Translations under genes and position numbers: made by a program
The notes under the pieces: model-generated
What the model saw: the letters and a program-made list of their open reading frames with translations, nothing else
Told to the model about the DNA's origin: nothing
Databases searched by the model: none
NCBI GenBank assembly: GCA_902524805.1
Contig: CABZES010000004.1
Location: forward strand, 24,878 to 88,877
Direction: 5' to 3'
Length of the DNA stretch: 64,000 nt
DNA from: an uncultured SAR86 cluster bacterium
Lineage (GTDB): Bacteria > Pseudomonadota > Gammaproteobacteria > Magnimaribacterales > AG-339-G14
Shown here: positions 59,280 to 64,000 of the stretch, piece after piece
Layout of the letters: every line of letters begins with the position of its first letter
How positions within the stretch are numbered: the stretch's first letter is position 1

Positions 59280-60089
59280 ATGTCTGATTTAAATGAAATA
59301 AAAGCTGATTTTAATTATAGAAACCCTCTTAAAGAAGGTGAAGCTAAACCTGCTTTTGGACTTCAAGAAGAAGATCCCTCTATGCCAAATCATAAGTCTT
59401 ATAAAAAAATTATACAAAATGCTAGATTGAAAGATTTTAGTCTTGAAACTTCTGGATTTGAATTAATTTCTCACGAGTCTTTGGTAAGTAATTTTTATGA
59501 CGATTTAGAAGTTACTCAAATTTATTATCCTGAAATGTCCAAATTAGTTAAGGACAAAACTAAGGCAGATGAAGTGCATATCGTTTCTCATATAACGAGA
59601 AACGAAGCCCAAGCAGAATCTGGTGAAAGAAAAGGAGCGCATAGGCTGGTTCACAATGACTTCACGCCAAATTTCAAAAATACTCTAGAACCTCTTCTAG
59701 AAGAGACCAATAGCAAACCAGAAAAAATTTTAGTTTTTAATCTTTGGAGAAGGTTTGATAAAGATGGCTTGGATGCTCCTTTTGCGGTTTGTGACTCAAG
59801 GACTGTCTCTGAAAAAGAATTAATACCAACGGATTTACATAATTATCTTGAAGGACAAGAAGATTCTCTTACCGTAGAGATATTTCAATCTTCATATAGT
59901 GAAAATCATAAATGGAATTACTATCCTAAAATGAACAGAAATGAAGTTTTGATGTTTAAGACTTATGACTCAACCTTGAATCCTTTTATGCCAACACTTC
60001 ATAGCGCATTTGACGATAACTCTTTAAAAAATAAAAAAGTTTCTCCAAGAGAAAGTTTAGAAGTAAGAGCTATTTGTTTCTTTAACTAA
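59280..60089 (+). CDS. CmcJ/NvfI-like putative oxygenase (unknown substrate)
   Basis: Family resemblance recalled around HRLVHNDFTP; weak assignment. Confidence 0.5.
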   Translation: MSDLNEIKADFNYRNPLKEGEAKPAFGLQEEDPSMPNHKSYKKIIQNARLKDFSLETSGFELISHESLVSNFYDDLEVTQIYYPEMSKLVKDKTKADEVHIVSHITRNEAQAESGERKGAHRLVHNDFTPNFKNTLEPLLEETNSKPEKILVFNLWRRFDKDGLDAPFAVCDSRTVSEKELIPTDLHNYLEGQEDSLTVEIFQSSYSENHKWNYYPKMNRNEVLMFKTYDSTLNPFMPTLHSAFDDNSLKNKKVSPRESLEVRAICFFN

Positions 60090-60101
60090 ATTCAAAATTA
60101 A

Positions 60102-61022
60102 ATGAATGTCGAAATTGATGAGGGAGATATCTTTTATGATTCTGCCAGTCCCTTCGAATTCTTTGATATTCTGAATTCAAGCAAGCAAAAAACTCAAAAA
60201 GTTTTTGGAACTTTAGTTCTTCCTGAAGTTAAAAAAGATTCTTACCCTTTAGTCATTTGCATGCATGGCAGTATGGGCTGGGGTATTAGTTCTCAAGATC
60301 ATTCAATAAATTTTTTAGAAAATGATTTTGCTATTTTTAAAGTTCATAGTTTTGAATCTAGAAACGTACAAACAATTTATCAAGATCAAATGCAAGTAAC
60401 TGTCGCTATGTCATTAACAGATTGTTACGAAGCATTAAAGCTCTTATATAAGCATCCAAAAATTGAAAAAAATAATATTTTTATTGCTGGATGGAGTTTT
60501 GGCGGATCTACTGCTGTATATGCTGCATGGGAGCCTTTAGCAGAAAAACTGGCTCCTAATGGAGAAAGGTTTAAAGGCCATTTAGCTTTTTATCCAGGAG
60601 CTTATGTTTGGCCAGAAGATATGCGATGGTGTAAGAATCCTATTTTAAGTCTCATAGGTAAGGACGATGACTATACCCCGTCTATTTTAATAGAGAATTT
60701 ATCTAAGGCTATCAATGAATCTGGAGGAAATAGTTCTGTGATTTTATATGAGGACAGCCATCACTCCTTTGATAGAGTTGATCCAGTAAAATTCCTTCCT
60801 GACGCAATTGCATTAAGCGATATACCTAGCAAAATAGATAAAACTGGTCTTTTATATTATGAGATCGATAATGAAAGATATGAAATGAATACTCCAGAAG
60901 GAAGACTTAAATTAATTGGATCAGGCGCTGCTCCGAAAGGGGCATCTTTAGGAAGAAATTGGAAAGCAAGAAAAGCATCCTTTAAAGATAGTATTAATTT
61001 TTTGAAAGAAAATCTTTCTTAG
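60102..61022 (+). CDS. dienelactone hydrolase family alpha/beta hydrolase
   Basis: Nucleophile elbow GWSFGG with a late Asp and His (DSHHSF). Confidence 0.8.
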   Translation: MNVEIDEGDIFYDSASPFEFFDILNSSKQKTQKVFGTLVLPEVKKDSYPLVICMHGSMGWGISSQDHSINFLENDFAIFKVHSFESRNVQTIYQDQMQVTVAMSLTDCYEALKLLYKHPKIEKNNIFIAGWSFGGSTAVYAAWEPLAEKLAPNGERFKGHLAFYPGAYVWPEDMRWCKNPILSLIGKDDDYTPSILIENLSKAINESGGNSSVILYEDSHHSFDRVDPVKFLPDAIALSDIPSKIDKTGLLYYEIDNERYEMNTPEGRLKLIGSGAAPKGASLGRNWKARKASFKDSINFLKENLS

Positions 61023-62067
61023 GTGATTTTTTTAAAAAGTTTTTTATAAAATTTATTTCTTTTTGGTCATAAGGACTTCCATCTTTTCTATAAATGTCAT
61101 GAAACCAAACTTTAGGCTCTGGGATACCCTCATTTTCAAAAATAAAATCTTTTTTTCTAACAGATTCTTTTAAATTTAAAATAGTTTCCCACCCAAAATG
61201 AGTTTGACTTTTTCCTGCAACTAACCCCCAGTTATAACATCCTATATTATTTTTTTTAAATATTGGTAAGCTGAATTCAAATGTTGTTCCAAATTCTCTT
61301 GCCATGTATTCAGTGCATATAATGGGCCTTTCTATTTCTAATAATTCATTGATTATTGATTCTAAATTTTTAGACTCATATGCATGAAAGGTTATGATGT
61401 CAGAATTCTCTTTATTTAATTCAATAATTTTTTCTCCTATAGATCCATGCATACAACTTGTTAAGGGTTGGCTTGGCCTCACTTCAAGAGCCCATTCCCA
61501 AACATGTTGCAAGAGTTCTAGAGAGTTTTCGCCTATACCAAATTGTCCAGGTTCATTATAAATATCCCAAAGTAAAATTCTTTCATCTTCAATATAAAGA
61601 CTTAAAATTTCTTGGATAAATTTTTTTAATCTCGGCAGTTGATCTAGCTTGCCTTCGTGGATTTCTTTTACTATTTCGTGACCTGGACTTTGACTCCATC
61701 CAGAGTTATGAATTCCTTTCAAAGGGAGAAATTGTTTACCTAGCTTGGGGTTTGATCTATGACAATCGTCAAAAAGAACTATCATAGGCTTTATATTTTC
61801 TCTATCGCAAATAAATAAAAATTTTTCAAAATTGACCAAAAATTCTTTTTTAATATCCCAAAGAAGATCATGTAAATAAACTCTCACTGAATTAAAACCT
61901 AATGCATTTGCCATCTTTAATTCTGCTTTGATTGTGCGCTCGTCAAATGTTTCTGGTTGAAACATTTCTAATTGATTAATAGCAGAACTGGGCAAGAAAT
62001 TTGCACCTATCAGCCATTCTTGATTTTTATACCATTTATGGGCTTTTTCGGCAGACCATTTGCTCAT
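60994..62067 (-). CDS. clan GH-A (GH5-like, often annotated 1,4-beta-xylanase) glycoside hydrolase, no signal peptide
   Basis: TIM-barrel pattern with the acid/base NEP motif (WDIYNEPG) and a late Glu in TEYMA. Confidence 0.7.
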   Translation of the reverse strand: MSKWSAEKAHKWYKNQEWLIGANFLPSSAINQLEMFQPETFDERTIKAELKMANALGFNSVRVYLHDLLWDIKKEFLVNFEKFLFICDRENIKPMIVLFDDCHRSNPKLGKQFLPLKGIHNSGWSQSPGHEIVKEIHEGKLDQLPRLKKFIQEILSLYIEDERILLWDIYNEPGQFGIGENSLELLQHVWEWALEVRPSQPLTSCMHGSIGEKIIELNKENSDIITFHAYESKNLESIINELLEIERPIICTEYMAREFGTTFEFSLPIFKKNNIGCYNWGLVAGKSQTHFGWETILNLKESVRKKDFIFENEGIPEPKVWFHDIYRKDGSPYDQKEINFIKNFLKKSPKKDFLSKN

Positions 62068-62070
62068 TGG

Positions 62071-62694
62071 TTAATGATCCTTGGAAGCAGTTCCCCAATA
62101 GTTATAACCTGCAAATTTAGGTGTACTAGGAAGATACATCTCATCTAATTCAATAATTTTGAAACCAGAAGATTCAATTAAAGCTGGAATATCTCTATTT
62201 AAATTACATCCTCCTGCAATTTTTCCCCAAAGAAAATTAAGTCTATATTGCCAGTTTGCTATTTTTGTATCTGGAGAAAGGCCATGCTCACAAAAAAGTA
62301 ATTTACCTTCTTTTTTTAAAACTCTAAGAATTTCTTTATTTGCTTTTAATACATCGGGAATAGTGCACATTGTGTATGTTATTAACACGGTATCAAAATA
62401 ATTTTCCGGAAGAGGTATATTTTCTGCTCCACATTGATGTAACTTTATCTCAACGTTATTTTGCAGAGCTACTTCTGTTGCCATTTCACAAAGTTCTTTA
62501 GAAGGTTCAAGAGCATGAAACTCATTAATCATAGAATGATTATAGAAAGGAATATTAAGCCCAGAGCCAATACCAATTTCTAAAACTTTACCATTCGCTA
62601 AAGGTACTATTTTTTCTCTTTGAAGCTTTATTGGCTTTGATCCACAAGTACAATTTAAAACTTTAGGAAGTACGTATTTTTCATAAATATTCAT
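62071..62694 (-). CDS. class I SAM-dependent methyltransferase (type 11)
   Basis: Motif I VLEIGIGSGLN. Confidence 0.85.
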   Translation of the reverse strand: MNIYEKYVLPKVLNCTCGSKPIKLQREKIVPLANGKVLEIGIGSGLNIPFYNHSMINEFHALEPSKELCEMATEVALQNNVEIKLHQCGAENIPLPENYFDTVLITYTMCTIPDVLKANKEILRVLKKEGKLLFCEHGLSPDTKIANWQYRLNFLWGKIAGGCNLNRDIPALIESSGFKIIELDEMYLPSTPKFAGYNYWGTASKDH

Positions 62695-62716
62695 TTTTTG
62701 ATTTTATAATAGTTAT

Positions 62717-63727
62717 ATGAATAAAGCTTCATTGATGGTTGATATAGAAGGACCATCACTCAGTTTAGATGATATAGAGTTGATAAAATCTCCCTACGTT
62801 GGCGGTCTTATTTTATTTGATAGAAATTTTATTGATAAGGATCAATTAATTGATCTTTGTTTCGAAATTAAATCAAAAAAGCCTGAAATTATCATTGCTG
62901 TAGACCAAGAAGGAGGAAGAGTTCAAAGACTAAAAAAAGGTTTTTCACTAATTCCTCCTATGCAGAGATTAGGAGATTTAGTATCGCATGAAAGGGAGTT
63001 AGGACTTGATTTATGCAAAGAAACTGGGTGGTTAGTTGCCTCCGAACTTATTGCTTGTGGAGTAGATTTAAGTTTTTCTCCTGTATTGGATTTAGATCGA
63101 AACTCTAGTGGTGTAATTGGCGATAGGGCATTTTCTGATCAAATTGATGTAGTTATAGACTGTGCAAGAGCTTTTATCTTCGGCATGCATGAAGCAGGTA
63201 TGGCTTGCGTAGGAAAACATTATCCTGGTCATGGTTCAATTAGTGAAGATAGTCACGTTGAAAAACCAATAGATAAAAGAATTTTAAATGAGATAGAGAA
63301 TAAGGATTTAATTCCATTTAAAGAATTAATAAACGATCTTGATGGAATCATGACTGCACATATTCTATTCCCAGAAGTTGATAAAAACGTAACAACCTTT
63401 TCTAAAATTTGGCTATCTGAAATTTTAAAAGAAAAGATGAACTTTAAAGGAATGATTTTTAGTGATGATTTAAATATGGAAGGTGCTAACGACTATAAGT
63501 CTTTTTATCTAAAAGCTGAAAAAGCAATAAAAGCAGGTTGTGAAATGATTTTAGTATGCAATAACAGAAATGGAGTTCTTGATGCCTCTAGATTCTTTGA
63601 GGAAAACAATATAGTCCCTTCTGAAAAAAATTTTTCAATGTTGATGGCTGATGATGTATCTTGGGCTAGTTTGGAAAAAAATGAGACCAGAAGTAGGATC
63701 TCTAACGAATTAGAAAAGCTAAAATAA
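62717..63727 (+). CDS. nagZ: beta-N-acetylhexosaminidase NagZ (GH3)
   Basis: VDQEGGRVQR and KHYPGHG motifs. Confidence 0.93.
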   Translation: MNKASLMVDIEGPSLSLDDIELIKSPYVGGLILFDRNFIDKDQLIDLCFEIKSKKPEIIIAVDQEGGRVQRLKKGFSLIPPMQRLGDLVSHERELGLDLCKETGWLVASELIACGVDLSFSPVLDLDRNSSGVIGDRAFSDQIDVVIDCARAFIFGMHEAGMACVGKHYPGHGSISEDSHVEKPIDKRILNEIENKDLIPFKELINDLDGIMTAHILFPEVDKNVTTFSKIWLSEILKEKMNFKGMIFSDDLNMEGANDYKSFYLKAEKAIKAGCEMILVCNNRNGVLDASRFFEENNIVPSEKNFSMLMADDVSWASLEKNETRSRISNELEKLK

Positions 63728-63732
63728 CAAGA

Positions 63733-63837
63733 TCAAAAATAAGTAGCACCAATTAAATAGCCGCTAAAGAAAAATCCAATAGCAAATAAAGGATATTCCT
63801 TAAAAAACCAAAATATAGAGTTGACGTAATCTTTCAT
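63733..63837 (-). CDS. possible 34-aa hydrophobic small protein (MKDYVNSIFWFFKEYPLFAIGFFFSGYLIGATYF)
   Basis: Hand-translated ATG..TGA ORF below the ORF-track cutoff, with one TM-like segment. No homology is known to me. Confidence 0.25.
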   Translation of the reverse strand: MKDYVNSIFWFFKEYPLFAIGFFFSGYLIGATYF

Positions 63838-64000
63838 AATAATAATTTTAAAAAATTTATCAAAGGCAGTATTTTTTAATTATTGAGTCAAAAATCTAAA
63901 AGTTGACTTAAATTGGAGCAAAAAGTTTGAAATATTCCAATCTAGCAACTCAAAAAAACAATTTATAATAAAGAAACTATCATATTTTATTTTTATGAAA

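Noticed and set aside
1-64000. CRISPR arrays, rRNA, IS elements and known defence systems (RM, TA, CBASS, retrons and similar).
   Set aside because: I saw no regularly spaced direct repeats, no transposase, Cas or large ATPase/nuclease ORFs, and no reverse transcriptase. Almost every ORF has a metabolic or housekeeping assignment. An exhaustive repeat search was not possible by eye.

Overview
This is a 64-kb, AT-rich (about one-third G+C by eye), very gene-dense chromosomal segment. It looks like a streamlined marine-type gammaproteobacterium. The core gene order mirrors Pseudomonas and E. coli loci; SAR86-like is only my guess. I call about 71 protein genes and one tRNA-Lys(UUU). I see no rRNA, no CRISPR, no intact transposase or integrase, and no defence system I recognise. 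Bases 1-30.3 kb are housekeeping blocks: aspS-yebC-[Hjc-like nuclease]-ybgC-tolQRAB-pal-cpoB-tRNALys-crcB-hinT; bepA; an AI-2E transporter; bcp; dapA-bamC-purC; an orphan ALS-like ThDP enzyme; iscSUA-fdx-iscX-ndk-rodZ-ispG-hisS-yfgM-bamB-der; and sdhCDAB-sucCD. Bases 30.3-64 kb are mostly accessory metabolism: two PhyH dioxygenases, a biotin-less carboxyltransferase, photolyase, two ACADs, a lipoprotein esterase, fumC, guaB-guaA, guaC, a CoA-acylating aldehyde dehydrogenase, a 10-gene same-strand oxidoreductase/GST/hydrolase array, and nagZ. Five things deserve a second look. (1) The ruvCAB slot is occupied by a single phage/archaeal-type PD-(D/E)XK resolvase-like gene. (2) IscS carries an in-frame N-terminal extension that resembles an integrase arm domain, and iscR and hscBA are missing from the operon. 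(3) The sdhCDAB-sucCD operon lacks sucAB-lpd, while the same window holds an orphan ALS-like ThDP enzyme and a Clostridium-SucD-like CoA-acylating succinate-semialdehyde dehydrogenase, so a 2-oxoglutarate dehydrogenase bypass is possible. (4) A roughly 1-kb G+C-richer single-gene insertion (WbpD-like acetyltransferase with a G7 tract) sits at the 3' end of guaA, bounded by a 9-nt direct repeat and studded with an ACTTGTAAAC motif array. (5) The regulator-less 10-gene catabolic/detoxification array. All functional calls rest on my reading of the translated ORFs and on synteny. No database search was run.
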